Assembly (NCBI GenBank): GCA_027592325.1 | Contig: JAQCKO010000004.1 | Coordinates: 192-64,191 of the forward strand | Direction: 5' to 3' | DNA: 64,000 nt | Source: a bacterium | GTDB lineage: Bacteria > Patescibacteriota > Patescibacteriia > UBA9934 | Part shown: one piece after another, positions 31,572 to 41,825 of the stretch | How the letters are laid out: each line of letters begins with the position of its first letter | How positions within the stretch are numbered: the first letter of the stretch is position 1 | Program-made: the position numbers and the translations under genes | Notes under the pieces: generated by a model | What the model was told of the DNA's origin: nothing | Databases searched by the model: none | The model's input: the letters and a program-made list of their open reading frames with translations, nothing else

Positions 31572-33683
31572 CTATAGAGCCTCCTCAGGATATTCAATCG
31601 TTCCACCCGAGCGAAGAACCCGCAGGCGCTCAAGAACAACAGGATTCTCTGGCAATCGCTCTGCTAGATACTCAACTGCTTCAATCGCTGCATTTTTATC
31701 GCCAAGAATCTCATGCACAGCGGAAAGGTACCAGTAACTATCTAATTCTCCCGCTCCACCGCGCTGAATTACGGTAAGAAAAGCGTCTTTTGCTGGCAGA
31801 TATTCTTTTTGTTCAAGATACAAGAGCCCAAGTTCAAAATGGACCTCTGATACCGTCGGATACCTTTTAACAAGCCGTTCCAATGCTTCAATAGCACCGT
31901 TAATGTCTCCATCTTCTGCCATCACAACCGCTGAGCGATACAGCGCCGGAAGATACGCTGGTAAAAGCCTCAGAGCTTCCTGCAGTGCAGCGCGCTCTGC
32001 TTCACGCAGTGTCTGTTGAACAGCTGCATCATCAATACGTGCGGATACCGTGCCGTACTGAAGTGCCAGCTCAGTCCAAAGGCGCGGATTATGCGGTGCA
32101 GCCTTAACCGCATCTTCAAGCACGGAAGCAGCAATTTCATCTGTTCCTTCAACATACGTACTCATTTGAGTATAAACGCGCGCAATGGCTTCAAGTTGCC
32201 TCCGGTTGTTCTTCACGGCATCCCCATAGTGAAGCGCCGCAATAATCGCCTCAACATCACTCGCATATACAGAGGCATCTTCTGTGGTTGTCATGTCTTT
32301 CTGTAGGTTTTGTTCTATACGCGCGGCATAGGCAATGGAGCGATTCATATCGTACGGACTGAATGTCCGAAGCCAACCTGCAGAACTATACGCCCCAATG
32401 ATGACTCCGAGCCCACCAGATATCTGTGCAATGAGAAGCAATACTGACACGGCACCGGTCATTACAGTTGGCAAACGACCCCTTGCGGGTTTCGATTCGA
32501 GCACGCGATCGAATGTAAGAACGAGCAGAAAAACGAATACGATGTAACTGAAGCTGTTTGACGGATACAACCAAAGAGAAAGAAAGAAAAGCGTTAAAGC
32601 GAGTGGTGCAGCATATTCTGTTGTTCTGTGATGATGGCGCCAAACTTCAATCAGAATGAAAATGCATGTTAGCAAAAAGAGCAACGTTCCGAGAATCCCG
32701 TACTGGGGCAAAATCGTAAGAACGTGGCTAGTCAGACGATCAAAAGCAAGGTCCCAGATTGGTGTCTGATTAATCTCGCCCGGTCTATACAAATCATACA
32801 ATGCTCCATATGAGCCTCCCCCTGCACCGAATAACCACGATGTATGAGCGAGCGATTCTGTGGCAACCTGCATGGCGATATTAGCATGCGGAGTAATCTC
32901 GATTGGGAAGAATGTAGGGACGGGACTGCGTGCAAAGAAAAAGATCGCAACAATCAGGATAAATGAAATGACTCCCGTAAGGATGACATCAGAAAGCCAT
33001 TTTCGGTAAAGTACGGCAAATACAAGTGCGCCCACGCCGGCTAGAACCCACATCACCTGTGCATCAAGAGAAAAAAGAGAAACGCCTACAACGATGCTGC
33101 TCACGGCAGATACTGCTCGCTCGCATCGTTGTGCAACGGATGATTGTGCCCTGCCTTGCGAAACATCTCGCCCAAACCCATAGAAGGTCATAATGAGGAG
33201 GACCCCAATCAAGCTTATTGGAGTGATTGAAAACGCGGGTCCCCCTAACATCTGAATGACAAGTGCGACACTGAGCACAAGTTGCAAGAGCCGAATCACA
33301 ACAGGAAGCGCACGCGATTTTGCCTCCGAGGGAAGCGACGCAAGAGAGAAGAGGTATACCCCCACCGAAGCGGTGAAGATAAGGCTCAAATGACCTGACC
33401 TTCCAATCGCTACAACGCTCTCAAACGGAGTAATCGAGGTGATAGTTGAAACAACGAGCGAAAGGAAAAAGAGACTTGCCGGGAGCAGCCACCATCCGTG
33501 AAGCGGGAATTTTCGCTCGAACCTGAATGTGTATGCAAAGAGTGCGAGTGATCCGAGCGTAAAAACTGTGAGAGCAGCCGTATCTGCAATCGCGCGGGGC
33601 AATACAAGCGCGCAAAGCGGTGCAAGTGCTCCAATGCCAATTAAAAACCATTCAGCAATTTTTACCTGTTTCATGTTCTTCAT
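31572..33683 (-). CDS. Multi-pass membrane protein, O-antigen-ligase-like, with C-terminal TPR repeats
   Basis: About 12 TMs, LFGAGGGSY...SHVLTILPQYGILG (Wzy_C-like), TPR-like helices. Confidence 0.65.
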   Translation of the reverse strand: MKNMKQVKIAEWFLIGIGALAPLCALVLPRAIADTAALTVFTLGSLALFAYTFRFERKFPLHGWWLLPASLFFLSLVVSTITSITPFESVVAIGRSGHLSLIFTASVGVYLFSLASLPSEAKSRALPVVIRLLQLVLSVALVIQMLGGPAFSITPISLIGVLLIMTFYGFGRDVSQGRAQSSVAQRCERAVSAVSSIVVGVSLFSLDAQVMWVLAGVGALVFAVLYRKWLSDVILTGVISFILIVAIFFFARSPVPTFFPIEITPHANIAMQVATESLAHTSWLFGAGGGSYGALYDLYRPGEINQTPIWDLAFDRLTSHVLTILPQYGILGTLLFLLTCIFILIEVWRHHHRTTEYAAPLALTLFFLSLWLYPSNSFSYIVFVFLLVLTFDRVLESKPARGRLPTVMTGAVSVLLLIAQISGGLGVIIGAYSSAGWLRTFSPYDMNRSIAYAARIEQNLQKDMTTTEDASVYASDVEAIIAALHYGDAVKNNRRQLEAIARVYTQMSTYVEGTDEIAASVLEDAVKAAPHNPRLWTELALQYGTVSARIDDAAVQQTLREAERAALQEALRLLPAYLPALYRSAVVMAEDGDINGAIEALERLVKRYPTVSEVHFELGLLYLEQKEYLPAKDAFLTVIQRGGAGELDSYWYLSAVHEILGDKNAAIEAVEYLAERLPENPVVLERLRVLRSGGTIEYPEEAL

Positions 33684-33697
33684 AGAGAAAGTGTACC

Positions 33698-36600
33698 CTA
33701 TTCGATCGTAGAATCCTCGGGTCCTGCATCTTCTTCTGAAGCATCACCTGCTTCATCAGCAGGCGCATCAGCGATTTCCTCTGCAGAGAATGGGGTATCT
33801 CGTCCATCCGCTATCTCTTCTGTCACGGGCACCTCCGGCGATTCCACTTCACTTGGATCAGCGGGAGCAGATTCAAGCATTGTCTCGCTGGCAGGGACAG
33901 CAATCAACAGCCAATCAACTTGTACACTCGCAATGTCGTCGGTCTTTAACGTGAATCCATCGACGGTCTTGTTTGCAACATAAATTCGCGCGGAGACATC
34001 TTGCGGCGTCGCAATAACGCGATACTCATACCCACCAGCTAGGACATCGGCGAATTCAGGCCAATCACTCAAAAGCGCAACAAAATACTCACCACCTTCA
34101 AGTGTCGACGAGCCACTGAGTTGTAACTGTTCCTCTGCAGCCACAACTGTTTCAAGCGCAATAAGCGCACCACTTGCTCCTTGAACCTCGCGCACAAAAC
34201 GGTTCCGCGTACGTACCGTTCCGTCGTCATCGAGACTCCAAAGAAAAGCGAGATGCGAGACATTTGTCGCCCCCTCTACAATTGATGTCGCAGAAGCGAG
34301 TGATGTAGGCGCAGAAATGTTATCTCGATCAACAAAGGCAATGATAGCATCGAGCGTAGAAGACGATGCTTCTAGGGCATAACCGGCAATCATCCCACCT
34401 TCTATTGCCTTTGCTGCATAGCCAGGATGTATCTTTGATGCTGCGAGAGGATCGCCAATTGCAATTGGTCCATTTTCTTCCGAAACCTTCACTGGTACAC
34501 GCCCTGCGAGCGCAATTGGCATATGTCCAGCAATATTATCTCCCGCAAGGAATCCCGGTTGTGTGCTCACGATGCCCGCAATCACTTCTCGGTCCGCACC
34601 CGTCGATTTTCGCACAGACTCTGGTCGAGATCCAAAAACAACGACATCCCCTGCAGCAAGAGTATCTTCTGCCGGGAACATTTCGGCAAAATCATATGAA
34701 CCCGATCCCCAGCCAGAGGCATTCGTGCGCATAAAATCACCACCAACACCTTCTGATCCATCGTAAAAAATGTATTTCTCATTCTGCCGCGTTCCTGTAT
34801 CAGATGGATAGAGCCGCCCGCCAAGGTACACATCACCCGATTCAGAAAGCGCGAAGGCGTCATCGAAACTTGTCGAGCTCACCGATAGCTCATAATTGGC
34901 GCTATCGGTGATACTGGTGCTGATATCGAATCCTCGATGCACACTTGTTCCGTCCCAAGCGGCTCCGCGGAGTGAAAGCGCATATGAATCGAAATTCGAA
35001 TCACTCGGTGATGCCTCCCCCATAGGGACAAAAGTAAAATTCCCGGCAAATTTCCCTTCACCAGAATCGGACGCAATCATTGTTCCCGCATGGAAGCCTG
35101 GATCGATATAAATCAAAATAGTACCGTCACCGCTTGCATGGGCCTCAAGGGCGCGACCAATGGCCTCACCCGGACCCGTAAGTTTCTGCAGGCGCCCTGC
35201 CTCAGCTGAAAGCGTCAGATAGTCTCCGGCGGTAATACTTCCTTCCGCAGCTGTCACATGCGCTGGCACCTGACCAAGAAGCGCAACAGGAACCCATCCG
35301 CCATCTTCTTTCCAGTCCGGCCGCCAATTCCCGAGCGTATTCGGCGCAATCGAAAGCGCCCCAATCATTTCTTCGGCTGTCTCGGCAAGCTTTATGTTGC
35401 CATCATTTCCAAGCCCAAGAATATCTCCTTCCGAAAAATCGGTGTACGTTCCAGGAAATAGCTCGGCATAGTCAGAACCGCCCGAAGCCGCCGTGACGCC
35501 TCCTGCTCCATCGCCCTCAATCGCCCCAATCACGGTTCCATTTCCGTCACGGAATTCAAGCAGATTACATCCCGTGGTTGGATTTGTGTCTAGGCAGGCT
35601 TGAATCGAAATTCCTTCATTCGTATCGGCACCACCATCACTGAAAAATTCAGCGATGAAGCCCGTTGTCCCCGCTGAAGCAACATTCAGTGCCGTTGCAT
35701 CGCCGTCTTGATCAATTTCAAGGGCATTTCCTGTCCCTGCATTTTGAATGAAGATAATATCACCGGTTGCATCGGTAAAGTTTTGATCAAAGTAGCCTAG
35801 CGAACCAGTCCAGTTAATGGTTCCTGATGTTTCTATCCCATTTGTGGACACATCAATCATGTGGCCAGAAACCGTCAAGGTAGTCGCACCGTCATTCACG
35901 GTAAGGTTTTGATCAATATCGAAACCAGATCCTGACAAGCCCGTGGTACTTGTATACGTACCTGTATCGTTTATATCGAACAAATCACCCGCCGCACGTG
36001 CAGCTGTATTCTGAAGAAACTGCACAGCAGCTGTTGTAGATAATGAGTCGATATACAAACCAGAAGAATCACCATTCACGTCTACAAATATCGCCGGATC
36101 GGCTGCCGTGGCATCGCTTCGAACATTCAACACGCTCTGTGTCGCAGAAGCGTTATCAAGATAAAAGTTCGTAAGCGGCGCGGCCGTTGTAGAAGCGTTT
36201 GAATATACGGTAAGACCATAGTGCTGATTATCCGTATTATTGATATGTAACGCACCCCCTGTTGTTGCACCCACCGACACACCGGTATTTTGCTCCTGGT
36301 CAATGAGAAGTGAGGGCCCTGATGAAAGGCTGTTGATTGTAAAGGCCGCCCCAGCCGTATCGGGGGAGTAGTCAATCGTCGTGTCCTCGTTCACCGCAAA
36401 GAACAAAGCACCTCCTTCCTTTACATTAAAATCCCCTGTACTTTGTAGGTCAATCACAAAATCACTGCCGTCGTCTAGAGAAAATACAAGGTCAGATCCC
36501 GTCACATTAAGAATCTTGTCCGTTGCTGAAAAGATTTGATCAAAATCAAAATCTTCAGAAGAAATTCCATCAAGTGTATCGGCATTCAGAGCATATGGAG

Positions 36601-37039
36601 CAGCTGCCATCCGCTTTCGGGGCGTCAGCGCCTCACCTTCAACCGTGACTTGCAAATAAAGATCGGCATTGTCGCCAAAAATACTGTCGCCAATCGCGGC
36701 ATAACCATCTCCCGTTTCTCCAAGATTTTCTGCAAAAAGGCCGTCCGTAAGCGTCACCGAAATCGCCGTTGCCGTTGCACAGCTCGCCGATGAATTTGAC
36801 CATACACAGCTTCCACCAGATGAAGCGTCATACAGTTCAAAAATCATATCAACCGATGCATCCGCCACCGGAACACCTGAGCTATTCAAAATGCGTCCTT
36901 GATAATTCACCACATTCGGTGCAGACGCCGCGCGCGCACTATTTTGTGAGCTAAAAAGAAACAGGCTTGAAACGAAAAGCATGCACATCAATAGTGCACT
37001 AAAAACTATGCGAACGGTTGCGAGAGCAGCTTGAGCCAT
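33698..37039 (-). CDS. Large secreted fibre/adhesin-like protein
   Basis: Signal peptide, VNYQGRI...PYALNADTLDG N-domain, two GxD(Y/F)AE...(V/I)ALxGxVP domains resembling phage-tail chaperone modules. Confidence 0.7.
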   Translation of the reverse strand: MAQAALATVRIVFSALLMCMLFVSSLFLFSSQNSARAASAPNVVNYQGRILNSSGVPVADASVDMIFELYDASSGGSCVWSNSSASCATATAISVTLTDGLFAENLGETGDGYAAIGDSIFGDNADLYLQVTVEGEALTPRKRMAAAPYALNADTLDGISSEDFDFDQIFSATDKILNVTGSDLVFSLDDGSDFVIDLQSTGDFNVKEGGALFFAVNEDTTIDYSPDTAGAAFTINSLSSGPSLLIDQEQNTGVSVGATTGGALHINNTDNQHYGLTVYSNASTTAAPLTNFYLDNASATQSVLNVRSDATAADPAIFVDVNGDSSGLYIDSLSTTAAVQFLQNTAARAAGDLFDINDTGTYTSTTGLSGSGFDIDQNLTVNDGATTLTVSGHMIDVSTNGIETSGTINWTGSLGYFDQNFTDATGDIIFIQNAGTGNALEIDQDGDATALNVASAGTTGFIAEFFSDGGADTNEGISIQACLDTNPTTGCNLLEFRDGNGTVIGAIEGDGAGGVTAASGGSDYAELFPGTYTDFSEGDILGLGNDGNIKLAETAEEMIGALSIAPNTLGNWRPDWKEDGGWVPVALLGQVPAHVTAAEGSITAGDYLTLSAEAGRLQKLTGPGEAIGRALEAHASGDGTILIYIDPGFHAGTMIASDSGEGKFAGNFTFVPMGEASPSDSNFDSYALSLRGAAWDGTSVHRGFDISTSITDSANYELSVSSTSFDDAFALSESGDVYLGGRLYPSDTGTRQNEKYIFYDGSEGVGGDFMRTNASGWGSGSYDFAEMFPAEDTLAAGDVVVFGSRPESVRKSTGADREVIAGIVSTQPGFLAGDNIAGHMPIALAGRVPVKVSEENGPIAIGDPLAASKIHPGYAAKAIEGGMIAGYALEASSSTLDAIIAFVDRDNISAPTSLASATSIVEGATNVSHLAFLWSLDDDGTVRTRNRFVREVQGASGALIALETVVAAEEQLQLSGSSTLEGGEYFVALLSDWPEFADVLAGGYEYRVIATPQDVSARIYVANKTVDGFTLKTDDIASVQVDWLLIAVPASETMLESAPADPSEVESPEVPVTEEIADGRDTPFSAEEIADAPADEAGDASEEDAGPEDSTIE

Positions 37040-37061
37040 GAAGTTCTTTCTTGTGCATGTA

Positions 37062-39593
37062 TTATACCGCACCAGAATCCTTCCCAAGAATTACATGCAC
37101 AGTGACAAATTGCGCACCGTTATTTTTTGAATAATCAATTTTATCCGTCGTCTTTGTTCCAAGTTGTTTATCTTCTACACGCAAATAGTACGTATTCGGC
37201 CCCACCAAAAATGCGAATCGCCCCTTTGCGTCTGTAATCGTACTTTCAATCAGTTTATTAAACTTTGGCTCAAAAAGCCGCACAACGGCTCCCTTCACCG
37301 GTTTTCCATTTGGCCCGTACACATAACTAAATGATGGGCGCCTTACCGGCCGAATGAGAGCCTTTGTGATGACATAAACAAGCAGCTGAACACCTACAAG
37401 ACCGAGGCTAAGCATATTCTGGGTGATCAAAAACACATAGAACGAAATCATTACACCAGAAATAGCGACGGTGTGCTGAAGTACACGTAGGAGCATTCCA
37501 AAACGCATACGATGCTTAGACTGTATCTCCTTCTGTGGATCAGCCGGGATTTGTTTGGCGATAATTGGATTTTCTACTGCGACAGAAATGGGGTTGCCAA
37601 GATAGACATCGTCCCACGGTCCGTCTTTGGCGACCTTGACGATTTGTGACGGTGCGATAAATCCTGGCTTTTGCACAATAAGGCGATACTCGCCGGGCGC
37701 AATGTGAAAGAAGTAGCGTCCTGATCGATCGGTCACTTTTGATCGCAGTAAGGTACCCTCGGTCGAAAGAAGCCGGACCGTCGCAAGATCGAGCGGTAAT
37801 TTTGTCGCGCTATTGTAGACCGTTCCAAACGCGTATTTTCTCCGGCGCGCGATGAATAAAATTGGAGCCGAAAGAATATATTGTAAAAACGCAAATAACT
37901 GAAAACTTGATCCAAGTACCGCCGCACTCGTCACGATCGCACCAACCGCTACCGGCGTCGCAATCGCTGCCGTCTCTTTTGCAATTTCTGTCGCGCGAAA
38001 ATCCTCCACAAAATCACGAAGCTCTTCCACTCCTGCCGCAATAGGCTCAAGGATGACATCTTCAAACACCTCGGGGACAAACGGAATGGCAATTTCCGCC
38101 TTAAGGAGACGAATAGAAGGTGCGAGAATATTATTTCGAACCCGTACGTCTATCTCACGTTCTGAAAGATCAGCACGCGATGCAAAAACACGATAGCTGC
38201 CGTTTGGGACGTAAAGGCCGAACACTCCATCTGCATCCACTGTATTTAACATCTCCTCCCCGCTTGCGTTCAAAATACGAAGCGAAACATCTTGTACCAG
38301 CTGCTCCTGACTACCTCGACCCGAAATGATCGCGCCAAAAGGCACCACCGAAAAACGCGCGGAAGATTCAACAACCTGTCCTGTTGTATATTCCGCTACC
38401 GCAATAAGTGTTTGTTCCTGTTTTGGAAGAATGCTTGTCTGAAATGGGCTATCGAGCTCTATTTCACGTCCATCATAGAGAATGCGTAGCGATGTAAGCG
38501 CCGTCGGCCGGTCGGGAAGGATTTGTAGAATGAGCGGCTGAGCGTCGAGAACAGCATACGAACCTTGCTGAGGAATGAGTGCAAGATCAAGATTAACTGC
38601 CATAATCTCAATGCTTGGCGCCGCGTATCTTTCTGCTGCTGCACCAGTATCACCATCCTGACCTTCTGCACCTCCCCCTGTATTCTCAGAGAGTTCCTGA
38701 TCTTGAGTGGCATCAACGAGATCGCCTTCTACAGGGTCTGCCGGATCTTCAGGCGCGGTGTCTTCTTCGGTACCCACTGTATCCTCCTCGCTAGAATCGT
38801 CGACAACGTCTTCGGGATCCGCAGGTTCTGCAGGATCGTCTGGATCGGTAGGATCAATAGGATCGACAATCTCTTCAGGGTCTGTTAGATCTTCGGGATC
38901 TGTTGGGTCTGGATCAATATCTTCGTCTCCTTCTCCATCATCGACGGGTGAATCTCCTCCATCACCGATCCCGCTGCAGCAGCTACCTCCTCCGCCTCCT
39001 CCGCCTCCTCCGGCTCCGCCTGATGCGTCAGGAATCGTTCCAGAAACAGTTCCTTCACTCGATGAAACAATCGGAATCACAATGCTTCCTGTATCACCGA
39101 ATGTTCCTCCAAGCTGAAGATAGTACGAGCCAATTGATGCCGGATTTGTTAGCCTGTCCTCCCCCGTCCCTCCTGCCGTTGCATGTCGTCCAATTTCAAT
39201 CTGAATACTACTCCCCGCGGCAATGGCTCCGCCGTCCCCACTACAAACAGTGAAGGTGAAGGTGGTTACCTCCACTCCCGATGCTTGTGTCATGCTCGCC
39301 TCCTCGCTACCGGAACAGTCCGTCGCAAGTGTTAAATCGATGCCATCGTCCGCCATGTCTACATCGCTCACGTCAATACCTTCAAAATCTGTGAATGCAT
39401 TTGGAAATGCTAATGTGAGCGTGTCTCCCTCATCTACATTCGCCGTATTCGTAAGGATAACCGTGTGATTCGATAGCGCCGACGCCGTCAACGAGCTCGG
39501 GAGATCGTAAAAATCACTCACCGTTGCTGCAATAGCATTGGTTGGTGCAATAAGGAGCCCAAATATCGTGAGTGAGGCGAGTAACCGTTTCAT
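37062..39593 (-). CDS. Surface protein with acidic DP linker and carboxypeptidase-regulatory-like domains
   Basis: Signal peptide, Gly run, DPxDP repeats, two TDxxGR(Y/F) beta-sandwich domains, TMs. Confidence 0.7.
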   Translation of the reverse strand: MKRLLASLTIFGLLIAPTNAIAATVSDFYDLPSSLTASALSNHTVILTNTANVDEGDTLTLAFPNAFTDFEGIDVSDVDMADDGIDLTLATDCSGSEEASMTQASGVEVTTFTFTVCSGDGGAIAAGSSIQIEIGRHATAGGTGEDRLTNPASIGSYYLQLGGTFGDTGSIVIPIVSSSEGTVSGTIPDASGGAGGGGGGGGGSCCSGIGDGGDSPVDDGEGDEDIDPDPTDPEDLTDPEEIVDPIDPTDPDDPAEPADPEDVVDDSSEEDTVGTEEDTAPEDPADPVEGDLVDATQDQELSENTGGGAEGQDGDTGAAAERYAAPSIEIMAVNLDLALIPQQGSYAVLDAQPLILQILPDRPTALTSLRILYDGREIELDSPFQTSILPKQEQTLIAVAEYTTGQVVESSARFSVVPFGAIISGRGSQEQLVQDVSLRILNASGEEMLNTVDADGVFGLYVPNGSYRVFASRADLSEREIDVRVRNNILAPSIRLLKAEIAIPFVPEVFEDVILEPIAAGVEELRDFVEDFRATEIAKETAAIATPVAVGAIVTSAAVLGSSFQLFAFLQYILSAPILFIARRRKYAFGTVYNSATKLPLDLATVRLLSTEGTLLRSKVTDRSGRYFFHIAPGEYRLIVQKPGFIAPSQIVKVAKDGPWDDVYLGNPISVAVENPIIAKQIPADPQKEIQSKHRMRFGMLLRVLQHTVAISGVMISFYVFLITQNMLSLGLVGVQLLVYVITKALIRPVRRPSFSYVYGPNGKPVKGAVVRLFEPKFNKLIESTITDAKGRFAFLVGPNTYYLRVEDKQLGTKTTDKIDYSKNNGAQFVTVHVILGKDSGAV

Positions 39594-40372
39594 GAACGTC
39601 GTTTAGACACCATGATACCAGTTAAGAGAAAAAAGATGAGCATAACCTGCGTGACATGCGGTCGCACAATCAGTTTCGTGATTCGAGAGGGCCCAGCGGT
39701 ATACGTAATGCGTGTCAGGCCAAATATCCCCGTTGTGAGAGGTGCTTCTGTAATAAAAATGCGCTCCGAATCCGGTAATACCCGGCGATCAGATTGATTC
39801 ACAGCATCTGTACGTAGCGTGCGTCCAAGCACCGATGTCTGCACGAGTCCGCCAGATGGAATGACAAGTCCGTCACCCGTATTTCTCCAGATGGATTCTG
39901 CATAAATTGTTGCGTGTTGCGCCGACACGGCAAGACTTGCAACAACTGGAACTCCCATCGCTGATCCCGATGTGAAAAAAATAAGGCTTGCTATTGCCTC
40001 TTCAACAATCACTCCAGTACCGTTTCCTTGGTTAGTAACGAGTAGCGCCAGCGAATACAAACCTTCCGGTACAAGGCCTGGAGTAATGATGACACGCCTT
40101 TCCTCCCCTGGCTGAAGCAAGAACGTTGTAGTGTCGATGGTCGCAACATCCTGTGCTGGGCCAAGAAAGCGTACTGAACCTGTGGCAGCGTCAATTTCCA
40201 CGATTTCAATAGATGCTTCATATGTTTCAACAGAATCCGATGTATTACGAATCTGAATATGCACCTCTTCCCCACTTGTGTTCACCGAATTTGGTTCAAG
40301 CTCAAAAGCGAGTACCTGCGCTGGGAGGAAAAATAACGCTCCAATAAGTATGAACTTAGAAATCCCCCACAT
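39590..40372 (-). CDS. DUF916/WxL-interacting-like membrane-anchored protein
   Basis: Signal peptide, FLLQPGEERRV, RNTGD, RVLPDSER, C-terminal TM. Confidence 0.55.
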   Translation of the reverse strand: MWGISKFILIGALFFLPAQVLAFELEPNSVNTSGEEVHIQIRNTSDSVETYEASIEIVEIDAATGSVRFLGPAQDVATIDTTTFLLQPGEERRVIITPGLVPEGLYSLALLVTNQGNGTGVIVEEAIASLIFFTSGSAMGVPVVASLAVSAQHATIYAESIWRNTGDGLVIPSGGLVQTSVLGRTLRTDAVNQSDRRVLPDSERIFITEAPLTTGIFGLTRITYTAGPSRITKLIVRPHVTQVMLIFFLLTGIMVSKRRS

Positions 40373-41258
40373 AAACTAGGGTTATGGCGTGCGAATACGT
40401 ACCAGATGTCGCTGCACTGCTTATGCCAACCTTCAGATCAAGAAATGCGCGCGCCGAAAGTGTCGCACCACTTCCTTCAGCGACTTTTTGATAGGTGTTC
40501 GTAATGGCTGTGTCTTCCGTGTCAAACGTAGAATCAGTAATCGATGCGTCTGAAGACCGCGCACCGTACTCGTCTACACCCGCTGACACAGCTCCATCAA
40601 CAACATCAGCGATCTCATATGCCCCATTCGTTAATCCTCCTCCTTCCCCGATATAAATATTGAATCCGTCATCATTATCGGAATCAACCTCCATGGCAAT
40701 AATGGCACGTGCCACCGCCCCCACTGTTAACGTACCAAAATCGAGAGACGTTGCATCAAGGACATACGCCCTATCGCCAGAACCGTCGATGATCGGCATT
40801 GCCCCTGAACTTGTCCAGCCATCAACCGTAATGTCGCCATCTACGACTGAAATTACCTCTCCAAAGGCAAATACAGGCGACGACAGCTCGTCTTGAACGA
40901 GAAGTGCCTTATCACCAACGGAAAAATCCGTTGTACTAGTAGCGGTAAATGTTGTAGACGAGAGTGCCGTCACGCCCACTTGCGTCGTTCTATTCTGTAA
41001 ATAGGTTGAAAATCCTGCTACCTGATCAAACACTGCTGCGCTGCGTCCACTTTGCTCAATATAGGCGTCACTTGATCCATTACCGATAGCACTTTGCCCT
41101 ATTGTGTCGCGAACAATATATGAACCAGAGCTGCTTGTTGTATCGCCACCAGCAGATATCGCGTCATTCCGAATGATGTAATTCGTCGATGTCATATCGG
41201 CAGCCGAGACCACTCCGGGCACAATCAGCACGACGAGTAAGAAGATAAGTTTGCGCAT
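40356..41258 (-). CDS. Secreted WxL-like surface protein
   Basis: Signal peptide, MTSTNYII..D N-motif, C-terminal GTYSHAITLVYVGDF strand. Confidence 0.55.
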   Translation of the reverse strand: MRKLIFLLVVLIVPGVVSAADMTSTNYIIRNDAISAGGDTTSSSGSYIVRDTIGQSAIGNGSSDAYIEQSGRSAAVFDQVAGFSTYLQNRTTQVGVTALSSTTFTATSTTDFSVGDKALLVQDELSSPVFAFGEVISVVDGDITVDGWTSSGAMPIIDGSGDRAYVLDATSLDFGTLTVGAVARAIIAMEVDSDNDDGFNIYIGEGGGLTNGAYEIADVVDGAVSAGVDEYGARSSDASITDSTFDTEDTAITNTYQKVAEGSGATLSARAFLDLKVGISSAATSGTYSHAITLVYVGDF

Positions 41259-41696
41259 ACCCGCATATTTTAGCATTTGTTGTGGGTCACTAGAACGCAA
41301 ACCATTGATTCTGATTCATACTGAGGTGTTCAGCGAAAAATTGCCTTACATTCGTGGATTTTTTTCTATTGAACACGGATTTTAATTTGCATTTTTCAGG
41401 CTGTGGATAAGTATAGTATCTGTGGATTGATCATTCATCTGGTCTTTTGTCTACGCTAGCGTAGACAAGGTTATATTTCGTTTCACATGAAATCGTAACC
41501 CATCTACCCTCTTTCTGACACATGACATGGCCTACATTCGGCGCTGTGGAGTACGTCTTAGGTGCACCCGTACCTCGTCCACACATGTGCAGTTATCACT
41601 TTCCCAAAACTCACAGCATCATTAACGCTCATCACGGTGGGTTTCTTTCTCCCTTTGACCCAACCCTTTCAAAACGCACAATGACACAATAGGCTC

Positions 41697-41773
41697 TGGT
41701 GGCCCTGGAAGGAGTCGAACCTTCAACCTTATCCTTAGGACGGATCTGCTCTATCCAATTGAGCTACAGGACC
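41697..41773 (-). tRNA. tRNA-Arg(CCT)
   Basis: Cloverleaf; ATCC-GTCCTAA-GGAT; CCA end. Confidence 0.92.
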
Positions 41774-41825
41774 TTTCACATGAAACAGCTGACAAAAACA
41801 GGTGCAGATGGCATACTAGAGGCCT

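Noticed and set aside
38760-39020. Short tandem-like repeats, possible CRISPR
   Set aside because: They encode DPxDP and Gly runs. No repeat-spacer periodicity or cas genes were seen in the window.
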